From: Auanema rhodensis
Lineage: Eukaryota > Animalia > Nematoda
Reading direction: 5' to 3'
NCBI GenBank assembly: GCA_964057225.1
Contig: OZ059894.1
Coordinates: 8,990,001-9,054,000, forward strand
Length of the DNA: 64,000 bases
This document shows positions 1 through 16,000 of the stretch, in pieces. Each line of letters begins with the position of its first letter. Positions within the stretch are counted from its first letter, which is position 1. The notes under the pieces were generated by a model. That model was not told the DNA's origin. It searched no databases and saw only the letters and a list, made by a program, of their open reading frames with translations. The translations under genes and the position numbers were made by a program.

Positions 1-3000
1 TAATTCAATTTTCTCTGAACATCTTGTTTCAATCGAATCTGTTTTTATTCATTTACAATCGTATTTAATTTTATTTCTATTATCTAAAATCAGTTATCAA
101 TCATTTCTTTATTACCATATCACAATAGATAATTTGGAAATAAAAACAACAACAACAACAACAAATATTCATAAGAGCTATACCAATGAAGAATTTATTC
201 CAATTTCATTTTTTACTGAAAATTATTTACAAAACAGAAGCTGTTTTGAGTTTATACATAACCGACTGAAATGATTGATTTTCAACAAAAAAAAATTCTA
301 ATATTTCATTCGCAGATCCTTTTTATATCCTTTTCCGACGAGGAGGTCACTCGTTTCGCTTCAACTATTCCGTGGTTATTCCCTTAGGCCCTAAAGGCTT
401 CAGAATACTCTTGGAAATCGGAAAGAAATGCAAGTCCATTTGGATACTTTTGAATCACTGCACACAATGCTAGAAAGCCAATATAATCATTTTCATGCCT
501 TTCTAGAAAGGATTACATGTTCCATTGCTAATATCACAAATGCTTCTCATATATATACTTTTAAAACCTTTTTTTTTCGTCTAAGACAAATGAAATTGAA
601 CATAGTATATGTATGTATACATGCAGTCGTGATTGATTAGGCGATTTTACGGCATTTTTCGTTTCGATTTTACTAGCTTGTTCATAGATTTTTCATAATT
701 AAATCCACTTTTTACAGCTTTATTCACATTTTTCTCTATAATATTGCATCTATGTTAACGGTTATTTAGCTATTATTCTACTATTTTTCAAATTATTATT
801 ATCAGAAATTACTTATAACTTGAATCATCGGTATGTTATTTCCCTCAAAACTATTACATTGCTTGTATGTCTTCATTTTTATTTCTAAATATTATGCTTT
901 ATGTCTTTATAATTAATAAAAATAATTTATATTAATTTATAAAAAAAAAACTTTAAAAATCTAAATTAGTTGATGAGTTCACATCTTTTCTTCGATCTCT
1001 AACATTTCAAGAGCTTTGTATACTTATGCAGGTCAAGATTACTTCTTCATCTGCCAATAGATCTCTCTTTCTATCATTTATTCTCATAAACTTCAACTTT
1101 CCACACATCATATCGTTGTTTCTAGTTTAATCAAAGCTTAAACAGTTGACTCAGATAACATTTTGCTCACACGATTAATGAAAAAATTCAATTTTCAAGA
1201 TCTCCATGAACATATTACCATTGACATATCTGCACTATACTTACATATATTTCCTCGAAATAAAAAAAAATGCACCAAGAACGAACGTATTTGATTAAAC
1301 TGATGCTGAATAGACGTCAAAACTGTAATTTACGTAAAATTTAATCTGAAAATCAACATTAAAGAGAAACTGCGTGCGAGAGAAAGAAGGAACCGAAGAA
1401 GCTCTTCGATTATCTCACAGGCTCTGAATACAAACAGCAAAAATGTGCTAAACATTGGAATTTCGTATGAATTTGGATGTTCTTTCCAGTCTTATTTTAT
1501 AAATATTAAAAGCTATGAAAACTTATTCTTAGTGACATAAAAAAAATACAAAAAAAAAGCTTCGGAAAGAATAAGCAGAACATGCTTGAAGTTGAAGCAA
1601 CGTCAGTTACTTACATATGTTCACATTATATTTTTGTTGATGATGTCAACATACCAATAACATCCAAATATTTGAAATTCACTACATTTAAAATATTTAC
1701 TTTGTTTCTTTGTTTCTTTTCTATTGTTTTTCTATTCTCATTTATTCTACTTTGAATCTATTTTTACCACGACTATTGATTATGACATTGATGCCACAGA
1801 AGAAAAGCTTTGCTTGTCTTTATTAATCCCCGAGGTTTCATTACCGATTAATCAGCTTATTATCTTTGAGAAGAATCACAGAAAGAGCAAAATGTTCTAA
1901 CATATAGACAAACTTGTCCTTTTCCTTACATATTTTCCTCAAAGTATAGTCCTTGAAGATGTTTCTGCTTGCATAGTTTGCTATCTCATTACCTTAGTTA
2001 GTTTTCAAATCAAAAATAAAACAATAAGCTTTTTCTCTTCTAATGATGCTTAAATGAAAATCAATCTAAACAGTTATTATATGCTTTTAATGATTTTTCA
2101 ATGCTTAACATGATATACGGCATAGACGTTTCTAGCATATCCATCGTTTTATCCGTTTTTTTTTCATTCAAACATGAGCTGTGCTGCTCCCTCATTGTTC
2201 ATTTTTTCTTTCATTTCTTGTAGCAATCATCATGTGTAAATGGAAGGAAACCATCTTCTCCTTCTTCATCATCTCTCTTCATAGTATTCTTCTTCTTCAT
2301 CATCTTCTTCTCACTCTGAAACATGATCTATTCGAAGCATCAGATTCTCCTTTCCCTTGTATTTGCCTCATCCGGAATCATACCAATGCCATTAGTTGAA
2401 TACCTTTTCAACTATGCCATAGCTGTATACGTTTCATCATTGAATTAACATTCGTTGACTGTTTTTTCAATGAAATAGTTTCTCAAAACACATGTGTTCG
2501 ACTTTTTTGAAAGCCTTTTTCTCTTTCTATCATTCAGTCTTCATGTCATAATTTGTCGCAATCTTTCAGTTTTTTTTCTGTGTTTGTTTGGTCAGCTCAT
2601 TTAGTCTATTTCCCATCATGAAAAATGACTTTGAAACACATTTTCTCTAAATGGATCATATATCATAATGAATGAACAAATAATATTTTTTAAATTATAA
2701 AACGTTATTTGATAAGTTTGAGAGAAAATTGCTTGCTCAAAACCTTGTAACTGAACCTTTTCTTACCTTTTTGTTCCTTGAAAACGATCAAACTGAGATG
2801 CTTTGCGAGAACCTCCCATTAAGTATTGAAAAACAAATGAACGAAAACTCTTTCTATTTCTCTTTCTCTCTCTCTCTCTCTCGAAGTGTACGACGACAAT
2901 GAAGATATGGAACATGATGCAACCGTTCAACTTCCGAATTCAAATACAAATTGAAAGCATTGGCTAGTTCACGTGAACTTATTCTCACGTATTTTATGTA

Positions 3001-3509
3001 AATTAGTCTAGATAGACAGTTAAAGTAAAAACGAAATGAGCAGAACGTTTGTCGATCAGTCACTTTCAAACAAAATCGTGTATACACTGCCATATTGGAA
3101 TTGCTTCTTCAATGCTTTCTTCGAGTAAATTTCCGTTTTTTTTATATTTTGGCCAAATCTGCCTACCACATAGCCTTCCACATATCACGATGGCTTAAAT
3201 GAGCTCAAGTTAATAGTTTCTTCCGGCTAGTTTATATATAAATCTTTTCTGCAATTGACCATCTGTTTTATGCTATGCACTCCCAGATGAGCTCAGATCT
3301 AAAGAAATGAGGGGGCATATCGTTGAAGCTCCATCACCGTCATTCTTCAGAAGATGAAAAAGAAGAAATGCAAGGTGTTTAAGATTCATAAACTCATTAT
3401 CAAATACATAATAAGCTGCACGTCCCCATGCTATTAACTATAAAACTCAATGTCTACGGAGAATTTCAATGAAACAGATTCATCTACAATATCCACACAT
3501 AGCTGCTGT

Positions 3510-3511
<2 letters not shown>

Positions 3512-3550
<39 letters not shown>
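3512..3550. repeat. (CT)n microsatellite
   Basis: Read directly from the sequence. Confidence 0.95.
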
Positions 3551-3553
<3 letters not shown>

Positions 3554-4469
3554 AACAGATTTGTCATTATGTTTCAGACTTTACTCCATCTCATAAGCTT
3601 TTCTTTCCATTTTTTTTTCTTCTTAAACTTGGTGAGTTCAAAGAGACAAACTCAAGCAATCATCAATTCATTTCCCTGTTTTTTTCCAATCAATCTTTTG
3701 GTCAAATCATTACAACCACATGAGCAGATTAGCTAAGCTCTTCCACATTCTTGTTGTATCTCTTTCCTTCTATTCTCATCAATTAAGTACTACATATATA
3801 CATTTTGTAATTTCTTTCATCCCTTGTTGAAAACTTAAGTTCGTTTTAATCTACTCATCTTTTAAACTTTTTTACTTATTTCTCTCTTGCACTCGCAAAA
3901 AAAAATGCACAAACGACAATAGCAATCCAATACAGCTTAGTCTGTTCATCGTCTTCAGCTTCTTCTCATGTTTCTAATAGTCTGATCACCTTGCTCACCT
4001 ATTTTCCAGTTTTTCAAACTCAAGTACTACTATCTTGTTGCGTTTTTCTGTTGCGATATGGGGTAGTTATATGTACCTAAAGTGCAAATTATCAACAATG
4101 CTTCTTGAAAAAGCCTTGAAAGCTGTCGCATTCTATCCATTTTTACTGTCTATAAACATCAAATGTTCTGAAATAAATTTGATTTGAAAGATCTAAAAGA
4201 TTTTTAGAATGAAGTATGAAGTGAAAGAGATGCGAGAAGTAGAGGAAGATATCAAAGCGAATATTCGGAGTGTGTGATGAGATGACTAAGCTAGAATACA
4301 CATAATACAAAGAGAGAAAGAGGAAGAGATAATAAAGATTCAATGAAAGAAATCATTGAATATCATTGGACCACTTTTCACATTCTAATCTTTTATCTTA
4401 AAAATTTCTTCCATATTATTTCTGTTTCTCTCGTTCTTCCTCCCTCTTCTTATCACTTACACACACATA

Positions 4470-4532
<63 letters not shown>
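4470..4532. repeat. (CT)n microsatellite, one interruption
   Basis: Read directly from the sequence. Confidence 0.95.
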
Positions 4533-4535
<3 letters not shown>

Positions 4536-7528
4536 TCTTTTCTACTTTACTTTCTTTCTTTCTTCTCCTAATGTTTTGTCAATATCGAAATCTTTGAGTC
4601 CTCTCATCTGGATCATCATCCTAACATCCGATTGGTTTGTAATAAGATAAGACGAGTCAACCAATATTGAACGGTACCCACTTGAGACATCTACCACGGC
4701 AGTGAGTACGACCATTAAGTAATCGAGAAAAAAAAACGTTTGTGAAATTTGCCTCAATGAAACAGACAATTTTTCATAATTAGTCATTAGCTTAATCTCA
4801 TTGCAAAAGCTTTCGTCATTCAATTAGAGATGGATATACCGGCTTGGTCGAGATGTTGAGTGCTTTTCCTCAATTATTTTGACTTGAAATTCACTCAGAA
4901 GCTCAAACAATCATCAGAAACTTGTACTGCAGACGAGGAATCTAAAAAGAGATCACGTCCAATGGTTTGTACTGCACTCATGAAAATATAAAAATTGAAT
5001 TTCGTGCTCTAAATCTCATGACTTCCGTTTTCCCACCAATACTCAAGAAGATATTCCTCATTATATCTTGCAGAAGTCTTAAATCTCTTCTGAGCCTATA
5101 AAGAAAACATATTACGGAAGTATCCAAATTTGTCACAACAATTGCAAAAAATGTTTGAAAATAGGCTCTTTCAGCCGTTCTAAGCTGATTAAACAGCTTG
5201 GATGGCAAGTTAAATCTTTATAGCCTTTTCTGCACTTATTTTCATAACTCACCTTTTAGCAAAAAAAAACTTCTGAAGAGCATCAATGCTATATTCCCTT
5301 TTCGTTTCTCAACCACTCACTCTTACTCACTATTATCAAGTTTACTTCTCTTCTCCAAGAATCATGTTTATATATCTTTAGTTATTGGTGATATTGATAA
5401 ATAAACAAGGTTGACAACGAAAATGGCAACCAACATGGCCACATCAAGCTAGATGTCATTCCAAGAATAAGGAAAATGCCAAACTAATATCAGTTTTATA
5501 TTCATATACGAATATAGTATAGTAAGTTTAAGAAGAAAGAGAGCACTCCTTTCGTATTATTTCAAATTTACTTCCCAAATTCAATTTTTCGTCTGTTTCT
5601 TAAGCGAAAAAAATTCTTAAAAAGAAGGAACAAAGACTTAATCTTTTGAATTTTATTTTAATTAAACTATTTAGTCTAACAATCGTCTCATCTGACAATA
5701 AAAACTCTGACTAACGTTGAACTTGATTATTTCTGAGAAAACATTGATATCTGCCATCTGATGCCAGCTTGATGATACAGATGAGTAATCACGAGTGAAG
5801 TAGATCACAATCACAAACCATTAAAACTGTTGTTTATTTTCCGTTTTATATGTTTTTTTCTTAACTAAATAATATACATAATACATGTATATATATATAT
5901 ATATAATCCAGTAGCTAAGTAACGTTAAACTGAATCAACTTTGTCACTTTTTCCAGCATATTCCTTGCCCGCCTTATCATCTTAGCTTGTCCAATCTCTC
6001 ATTGCATAGACATCTTGTTAAAATAACATTTCAGGGAAAGAAACACACACGTATCAATTAACTAACTAACTAACTTTTCGTCATTTAGATTCTAAAAATA
6101 TTTTTTTTTCCATTTTATTTCTTCTAATGCTGTTCTTTTTACAATTTTTTTCTCCTCAAATTCGTGTTTTATCCTCTTGTTTTCATATCAATGACACAGT
6201 TTAAAGAAAAACTTTGCTAATAACTTTGTTTCAGTTGCAATTTTGAAAATCAAACAAAAACACTGTGATAAATCACTTCTGACATACGGTTGCAACACTG
6301 ATTTGGAAAGTTTTTTTTTCAATTTTTCATGTATTTTTTATTTAATTTTCCGTTTATATGAATAAGTTCGTAAAGGCAACATGCTATAAATTTTTTTTAT
6401 ATATGTATATGCATGTACATGCACATGTGGCTATACGGTTCAATGCTCTTTCAGTTTCTTGCTAAACTTCTTACCTTTGGTTTATCTTGATTTTTCAATT
6501 TTTTCTTTTTGAAATTTCGTTTGTATGTTTTATTTCCTAGAAAGTACTGAGCTTAAAACTTATTCTCAACCTTTTCAGCATTTAAAGCTTAAAACTGTAT
6601 CTCTTCTAGTTGTCTATATAGGAAACTTTCCGGTAAAAAAACGTCTCAAATGAAAAATGGATGAATTGTGGAGTGAAGGATGGAATCCAAGAATGAAAGA
6701 GAGAGAAAAGGAGAGTTTGCAATGAGCAATGAGCCAAAGAGTGTATTCAACCGGCTGTCCCTGTGTTGTCGTAACAACACGGCCGCGATTCAAAGCATTA
6801 AGCTTGGACGTTGGAGGTTCACATATCCTCACCTGTTGCCGTTTTGCTTTCATTTCTCACTCATTCATTTGCTTTCTCTTTCTTTTCTTATCCTTTTCCT
6901 TTTGTTCTGTCCTTCATCTTCTCTTTTCTCTGATACCAACTCATGTCCGGAACTAAATTTCTAAATTCTAACACCTTTCCAAACTTTTTCCTCTCGCCAA
7001 TCGGATATGCCAACATCGTGCTTTGCGTGTCTTTGCTCATCTGTTTGAGATCCCGTCATGTTACTTTGATGACGTTCAGAATATCAAGTTCTGAAGTATC
7101 TCACGTGGCTTACTTCTTCTTCCTTTTCTGACAACTCAAAATCCTTCATCTTCATTGCCTATATTCACTATTCGAATCAATTTCGAATTAAAATTTCAAC
7201 TTGTCTATGTTTGTCGTCCATCGAATGTCATTTGAAGTAAAGCTATATTAGGAGTCTGTATCTCAAAACTGCAAAAGCAAACTTCTAAAACTGACAGCAG
7301 ATTGTGAATTAACTGCAAACAAAATAAGAAAAATGTTTCAAATAAGGAATTATCCAATGAAAATTTGAAATTTTAAGCTTTCTATTCTTAACCATTATTC
7401 ATATTTACAATCTGTTTTTGCCAATCCTCAGAAGTTGTCAAGAAGTAAAAGAAATAAATTTGCAAAGGACAGTGGCAAAAACAGTGTTAATAGAATTTGA
7501 GTGATAATGAGATGTTAACGGAACAAAT

Positions 7529-7530
<2 letters not shown>

Positions 7531-7566
<36 letters not shown>
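7531..7566. repeat. (GA)n microsatellite
   Basis: Read directly from the sequence. Confidence 0.95.
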
Positions 7567-7573
<7 letters not shown>

Positions 7574-8372
7574 AGAGAAGACGAATCAATGGTAATGTTG
7601 ATATGATAGCAACTAAATAAAAGTATTATTCAATTTGCTTTATTAATTTATTTATTTCTTGTCTTGCTTCCGCCAAAATATCTGATGTTACTGCGGGTAT
7701 CATTTAGTCAGATTGTAGGCATTTTGAATAGAATATAAATCAGAGGAAGCAATGAGAAGTAGCTGTGGCTGTGCCTAACGGTCTGCCTATCTATCGTCCT
7801 GTCTCTGTGTTGTAGCTCATGCGGTGCTTTTTCAACAACAAAATCAACAAACAATAAGATTGTGATGATACGTGGTTTAAGCTAAGGATCTTTGCAAATC
7901 TCCCAGGCTTTTCCTCAACACTACCTATCTCTCGGTCTCGCTGTTACGTATACTCTATGTTTCTATCTCTTTTTCTCTGGCTACCTTTTTCTCTCTCTTT
8001 CTCTCTACCTCTCCCTCTTTCCTTCTTCTCCCTCTCTGTAGCTGTTTCCTTTCATTTTCTTGATGATATTGGTTTCATCTGGCTGCTTTTTTGTGCTCAT
8101 CTCTTTCATTTCTTTTGACTAATTACAATTGTTATATTAAATTTCTATTTCAGTTTTTTTAGTTTTTCTCCTCATTTTTTCTTTCTTTTTAATCGTTTGT
8201 CGTTGTGTTTTTCTGGTCCAATCTCGTAAACCATACTCTTATCTACATACATTCACATACATATGTTAATCAGAACTTCAATCGAACTTCACAGCTTGTG
8301 TCTTCATCTATTTTCACTTTCCACACTTTGTCAATCTAGTGTATCAATATGCTTGTTCTCTTGAGCAAAGGG

Positions 8373-8403
8373 CACACACACACACACACACACACATACA
8401 CAC
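8373..8403. repeat. (CA)n microsatellite
   Basis: Read directly from the sequence. Confidence 0.9.
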
Positions 8404-8526
8404 AGATAAGAGTAGATGATCCCCTAGACGCTTACACACATGCTGCTCATGTCTTCTACAGAATGAAAGAGTATCAGCAAATTCTTAAGTTAGTTCACCA
8501 TCAACTTCAAAAGTCCCTCCTTCCCT

Positions 8527-8528
<2 letters not shown>

Positions 8529-8583
<55 letters not shown>
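8529..8583. repeat. (TC)n microsatellite
   Basis: Read directly from the sequence. Confidence 0.95.
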
Positions 8584-8586
<3 letters not shown>

Positions 8587-10431
8587 TCAGATTCTGAAAA
8601 ATGAAACAACACATTGGAAAGAATACATTAGTTATGAACAAGATCACTTCCAATAGCACACATAATACGTAAGAATAATCTTCCATTTCAATTTTTCCCT
8701 GAATTTTTGAATTTTTTTTGCCTTTTTTGTCAAAAACAATTTTCATATACATAAACGATTTGTGTCAATTGAAAATAAAAAAAGAGAAGATTTCACTCTA
8801 TCTTATCTACATCGTTTTCTTCATTTTCTTCTTCATTTTGTCGTAGACTTTGAAACTCAACAGCTGTCTAGACAATAAAGAATCTCACAAGCAAAAAAAT
8901 GTCAATCTGGATCTACATACATACATATATATTATATTCCTGCTTTTTGATTAGAAAATTAAAAATAAATCAAATTAATGTATTCGACTTGTATTGACAA
9001 TGTGAAAATCTTTTTTTCCAATACTTTATGAAAAGAAAAAAAAGAAAAAGAGAGACACTTATAGAGAGAGAGAGAGAAAAAGAAAGAGAGATGAAAACTT
9101 TTTTTTTCATATTCTTGAGGTAAATAGCACATGAATAAATGAACCCTGCCTTTTCCGGTTTCCGTAATACCTCACAAACTTTAGATTTCTCTTTTCCGTT
9201 CATAAAATGAAAGAAAGAGAGTGAGAAGGTAAGAGAGAATGAAAAAGAGAAAACGAAAACCTACCAAGTCGATTTGGTTATGTATACGTCTCGAATGCCT
9301 ATCATCAACAAATCAGTTTGACATGAAGCAAAAGAGGGAGACGCGGTAAACTGGAGGTAATAAGTGAAATGAGAAAGGAAGAGATTGAGATATATATGTA
9401 TATATATAGAGAGAGAAAGAGGAAGATAGAAAGGGAAAGAGGAAAAGAGTAAGATAAAGAGAGAGAGAGAGATTGTAGAAATCATATTATCTTTGCTCAT
9501 TTTCTTTTTATCATCTTACCTATAGATGCAAATCTAATACTATTTTTTCTAATTTTCCAGTTATGCTAACTTCATGCTGCTTTCGCAGAAAAATTAGCAA
9601 AAAAAATCCAAAGCAGAACTTATTCTGAAGTGCTCTTCTTGAACATCATGCATTTTTTATGTTTGTTGTAGCTTATAGCCTTAAGGTGGCTATCCGTGCC
9701 GTTATGGTTCACAAGCGTGTGAAAACAACGTACAAGTTTTATAAAGAGAACGTTGTAAAACAAAAAAATATCTCTAATATTAGCTATACTAAATATTTTA
9801 TTAATTATATTAATTTAAAATAATAGAAACATACCTATATGTAAGTTTAATATAAATAAATATTAAATTAATAAATAACTCAGCCACCTGTTTTATGAAA
9901 AGAATCAATATATATATTATATATACTATAATATGCTTCTTCTATGTATAGTATATATATATATTTTTTATTTTATTATTTTGAAAATTAAACCAAATAA
10001 TAAAAATAATAAAAGGAAAAAAGAAAATCAACCGTTCTCATCAATTTTCAGTTAAAAAATAAAAAAAATAATTTTTTTTTTGAAATAGCTAATCACACAC
10101 GTCACGTAAGCACACGTGAACTTTTACATATACACATAGTTGTATGTTTATATATTCTAATGCATAGTTTTTGAGAATATTGAATGAATAATAAAGTTAT
10201 TTCCTCTTCTACTTTTCGATGCAATTCACGATAATAGCATTGAATTTGTTTCAGAAATTATAGTTTTCTTTCATATTCCTTTAAACCATATTTTTCTAAA
10301 ATCTTTACTCTTTTTCCTATTACTAGCTAGCTAGATATCCTTTACATGGCATGCTTATGGATTGTATATACATGTATGTCTGTCTGTCTGTACATATAAT
10401 TTTTTCTTTTAACTATATGTATATACATATA

Positions 10432-10432
<1 letters not shown>

Positions 10433-10472
<40 letters not shown>
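10433..10472. repeat. (TA)n microsatellite
   Basis: Read directly from the sequence. Confidence 0.95.
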
Positions 10473-10477
<5 letters not shown>

Positions 10478-13045
10478 TATTTGTGTTAAAGCTATATATG
10501 ACTAACATCTTTTCCTAAATGTATCCATTTATCTAAATCATTCAACTATATTTTGACATCTTCTTATGTTTTTTTTTTGTTAAAAAACGAAATAACTATT
10601 TATGAGAAGAAAAATAAAAAATAATATTATTTTCTTAATTATATCATATAGTTTATTAAGATTTTGAACATAAATATATATTTCTACTAAGAATATACTA
10701 TACCTATATGTAGATACATATATGCATGTACATACATACATATATCTAACTCTTAAAAAATAATTTTTAAAATAATAAATAGATAAGTATGTTAGTATGT
10801 ACGTATGTATATACGAAAAATTGAAAAATTATCTTTCATTCATTCCATTTTTATTAATAATATGTGTCTATATAACTATATCTCATATTACTAAAGCCGT
10901 GCTTAATCTGTTTATTGCGTTTCATGAATGATCTGATTTTTAACTTTCAATTATTTTATCTTTTGATTTTCTAAATTATGCAATAACAAATAACATAACT
11001 ATACCTATATACGATTATAATTTCATTCTCAATCAAGTACAGCTTTTTTCGATATTTTCCTTCTTCTTCTTCTTCTTTTTTTTTTCTTTTTTTTTTTGCA
11101 TTTTGGTTTCAATAATGCTGCTCTTCCTTTGAAAATCCATGTGAAATTCAAGCAATTTTTTGAGTATTTCTATTACAATTTCACGAGAAATAGACACATT
11201 ATCGAGCTTGTTGCCACATTTGATCTATTACGCTTGAAACATTAGAAAAATTCTGAAATACATCCATGAATTCATCAACAATGAGCATTTATAACACAAT
11301 TATATTTATTTTTTGCCAATATTTTATATAAACCGTATGAAATGCGGAACAATGTGTTATCAAATCAAATCATACGTTTTTTAGATGTTATGTTTTAAAA
11401 GGAAAAAGATATATTATCTAATCACCTAGGACAGAATTGATGTTAAAATTTTCTGAAAAAAGAAAAGAAAAAACTTCTGTTCGGGCTGCATGCTGAGTGC
11501 ACTTGAGAATTGACGGTCGAAAAAGTAATGTCAACAATGTCGAGACGTACGTGAAAAGCTCAATAAATCCTTGACTGATAAACGTTTCCGCATGATCTAT
11601 CATGATTTGAACAAAGATTATATTGAAGTTTCCATATACTTTAATAATCCAATCTAAGATCTACTGGATGAAAAAGGAAGCGGAAGTCAAATTTAAGCTT
11701 GAACATGAACATGAACGCCTTTCAAATATAAATTAAACAGAAAAAAAGCTTTGGCACTTACAGCTTCCACCTTACTACTCTGTGATTTAATAAGAAAAAT
11801 ATTATTATGTAACAATTTCTATAGTTTCCTGATGCGGTTTGTCTTTTCCTTTTCCATTTCTTCCATCTCATCTATCTCAGCTGTGTCAGCTCACGTCTTC
11901 TTCGGTTACCAGTGTAGACCAAATAAGGAAAGTGAATAAGGGGTGGTAAGATAGATGATGGAAAGGATGATGGCTTGAATTAATGGGCTTCTATGCAGTC
12001 CATTAGTCTACCACCATGTGCATTCAGTTTTTACGTGAAATGGCTGAATATTTTCACAATATTTCAGTCATTTTTTGATATCGAAAGCGTCATGTCAAAG
12101 CTGCTGCCAAGTAGCTGTCTCATATTTTTCATTTGCATCAAATTGAAACAAATCATGTCATCTTATTTGTTATTTTTTTGTTGTTAGTATGTTTTGGTAA
12201 AGTTCTGTTAATGACATGCATCTCCGTTTTGCATCACTTTTCTCTGATTTATTGAGCTATAGCAGGGGAACCTGGGAAGTAATCCATTGAGAAGAGACCC
12301 ATTTGAATATGTTAGAACCTGAGTTGTAACTAGAAGTAACTACGAAGGGCCATGTTTTCCAGATTTATGAGCAGAGTGTCAGTTACGAAAAAAAGTTTTT
12401 CTTCAAAAACAACTAATCAAGTGAAGGTTCGATCATCATTACATCAATTGCTTTAGAGAACATGCAGTCGTTGTCAAGGTGACGCTTCTTCTACATGTAT
12501 TTGTCCTTCTTCGTTCATCATTTGTTCCATTAAACATCATTTTGCGTTAAGTTTTATACCCGTTAGGACTATTGAACATCCAATTCTTCTGCCATATTTC
12601 TCACTGCCTGGCATCTGAAGGCTTGTAACACACTCTGAATGAGAAGTGCACCTGCCTGGAGCCGGATATAGTTACCCGAGACACAAGCTCTCATCGTTAT
12701 ACTCTTTCCTGTCTGTCCCACCACCATCCCACTCATCCTTCACAACCAATATGTACATGTACATCTGGACACTTGTCTGGACTTCTGTAAGACACATATG
12801 TGTTGATCTTGATACTATACAGCTGATGTAGATTTTTCTTTATTCTTGTTAAGATCCTGTCAACAGCTACGATCCGGAAACGGGCCGGTTGTTGTATATC
12901 TTGTAGCTACTATAGCTTGAAATTCCGGTAGCCAATCAAATGTCTGAAGTCCTGTCTATAACACTATGGCAACAAGTCACATTTGAACACTTAGTCATCA
13001 TATGTATCTCAGGCATGTTCATCAGATTTTACAAGACACGTTCAG

Positions 13046-13066
13046 ACGTCGTCGTCGTCGTCGTCG
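13046..13066. repeat. (GTC)n trinucleotide repeat
   Basis: Read directly. It produces the poly-V and poly-R runs in two spurious ORFs. Confidence 0.9.
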
Positions 13067-16000
13067 TGGTCGTCATCTTCTTCATTCTCATAGTAGTCGT
13101 CATTTTCGAGTCATCAACGACATCTGTGAACAGCGTCGACCTTCACGTATCCACTTCAAGCCTTATTATTGTTTGTTTTCATCCACCAGATGAATGTGCG
13201 AATGTCATTTTCCATCCTTTCCTCCACATACATCCAAATCATATTTGCCTACTAACTATTTTTTTCTCTTATTCTCTTCAGCTTACAACTATTTCTAGTC
13301 ATCTCTCAGTTAGGACATATCATTTGTTCTCAGTCATTTTAGCTACTATATTCTCTGAAACTACCCAATCCCTCTAATTCCAAATCCATTTGGCTCTTTT
13401 TCTTCGTCCACCTTATCCACATATATAATTCTACCGGATATGTATTGTTTTATTCGCCTATAAACGTGTTTTCTTAGATATCATGAGCAAAACCTAATAT
13501 CTCTTGATCATACTTATGAGATTGCTTTTCAGATTTCGCAGCCATGCATCAGAGAATCATCACATCTAATGTTTCATGATGGTCTTCACTGTTAAGCCAT
13601 CTGGCGGATATGTTCAAAATTCAGGAAAATATCTGGTTTCAGTAGCTAATCAAAAATGATCTGTTCAACATTTCAATGATCGCTTCTTCTCGTTTTTTTG
13701 CTCTTCTGCCTATATTTCCAATGACACTTATCCTTTTTCTAATTTTTCTGTTCGTTGATAGAATAACAAAAACAAATAGAAACTGAGCTCAGATCACTTG
13801 TTTAATGTTCCAGTATCTTTGTTGACATGATCATCAGTAATCATTTTCATTTCCTTATAAAATCTTTTGTAAATAACTCATTTTGAAATCGTTTAAATTT
13901 CAATGAGCTATTGTGACTTCCGATGTTGCAGAGCGATTAAGACTTTGGCTTACACTCTTAGCTTCTTATTATCTTTTGCTAACTATAGTTGATTATGAGA
14001 TCTTATCTATCTTCGTAATAACCATAATACTCACCCAATACATCGATGTTCGAAATGTAGGCGGGATACACGATGAGTTTGTGTGTATGTGAGTGACGAC
14101 AACGATTTCATGTCTCTGATTTTATCGCCAAGCTATTGGTGCTAAGAACTTTACCGTTTTGTGTGTGTGCCAAACAAAAAAGTAAAAGCCGCATTCCATC
14201 ATCGGATGATTACAATCATACTATCTGTCCGTAACTACGTCGCTATTCGTTATTTCGTTTGTATGGCGTTTATTCATCTCCTATCTTCGGTGACGTCCTC
14301 GTCCGGCTTCTCACCGTTGTCTTCTATTTGGAAGCTCTTATGTCGTGCTACCCTCCGCCATTGGCTTAGCCACTTACCTCAAGTGTCAAATGCCGGTGCT
14401 CTTCGTGTTTTACCAGCTCCCCGAACACACATACAAGCTGAAGAGGAAGGCATAATGAGTAGCAGAGATGAAAAGAGAAAAGGAACGTAGAGAGATACTG
14501 TATGGTATACGAGATACAGTTGATATAGCAGAACAGAGATCTTAGGACGCCATTCTCAGCATATTTCTGTACTCTTTCACTCATTTCTCTGAGTTTTATC
14601 TCTCTTCCTCTCTTTTTCTCTCTCTGTTTCCTGCTTTTCCTCTAGTTTTCTCATACCGTACAACCTCTCGAACAAATCAGGAGGAGCATCACCCACTACT
14701 ACTACGGCACTCAGTCTATCAGCTTCTACAAGTAGTTGGCACTGTTGCCATTTGATGTTCAAACGTCTATACCTCTACCCATATAATCTATAATTGTTTT
14801 GAACCTATTTCCCTGTATTGAGAGTTGCATGCTGAGTTTCTTTCTCTTTGGAGTTTTCTGGAATCCTTCCAAATTGTCGCCTTTTGCATTCATTCGAACA
14901 AAAATCAATTTTTCGCAAGAAAATCATTGCTGTTCTAGTAAGTCACTTCAGTTTTCAGATTCAAGCTCACACAACGTTTGTTATTTTTAATATTCTTTTC
15001 TTTTAATTTGTTTTCTCGTAATTTGATTTTTATATCATCTTGTTTAATGCAGCTGTTCAAAAAAATGCCAACAGTTACTTCTTTGTACCATCTAGCTATT
15101 TTTCATTAAGTTTTTAGCGAATCGTATTATCACAGAAAAAGAAAAATACAATTATATCATAATTACTTCAGAGATTGATGAAGAAGAAAGAAAAAAATAT
15201 AAAAAACTCCAGCATTCAGAAGAATCGTAACTTCGGGCATCGCGACGGCCGACGTTCTTGAGTGCTTCTGCGCGACATGATTTACGTAGACAGCACTGAA
15301 TGAAGAGGAGAATAGAATGAGAGTAAAACAATCTTTATCCTCATATCTGAGAAATCACAGTTTTGAGAGATTAGGGCGTCTGTTTCTAATTTGCGTCTTC
15401 GAATTCAATCTTCTTCGTCCCCTTCTCTCGGCTTTATCTCTCTTTCTCTCTCACTTTCTTCAAATTGCTCTTTACCTCTCGTAATCTCTCATACTTTCCT
15501 TCTGTTCTTATTCATTCTTTGTTCTTTTCAATAGTTTCTTGATGTTTCTTCCTATCTTCAGAGCAGCAAATGTAAAAGCTCTATTCATATTTCGACCCCC
15601 ACCATAGCGGAAAGAAAGCTTTCCGAGGATCTATTGTTCCGTTAAGTTCCCCTACCTTCACCTGCTACTTCTAACAGCTTGAGAAAGTAATAGCCAATTC
15701 TCGTTACCTCGGCTTTTGCTTCATTCATTTCAAACCTTCATCTTTCTTCCAACTTTGTCAAAATAATAATCTATTTTTAGTTACAGTTACAGGTCACAAG
15801 AACGTGCCAGAATCTAAGTAAGCTATTGACCATATGTCCAAACTATACTGTTTAAGTTTTATTTTCAAATTTTAAGTTTTAATATAATTTGAATGTTTTG
15901 AAATTTTTATTCATGTTGCGATGAGTAGAAGATTTGCACCTCTTTGGCAGCTGTAGAACTGTATGAGAGGCAAAATCGGAAGAAACATTGAAAAGAGTGG

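Noticed and set aside
12940-13377. 145-aa hydrophobic ORF and an overlapping poly-Arg ORF
   Set aside because: Both are produced by a (GTC)n repeat and T-rich sequence, with no homology or splice structure.
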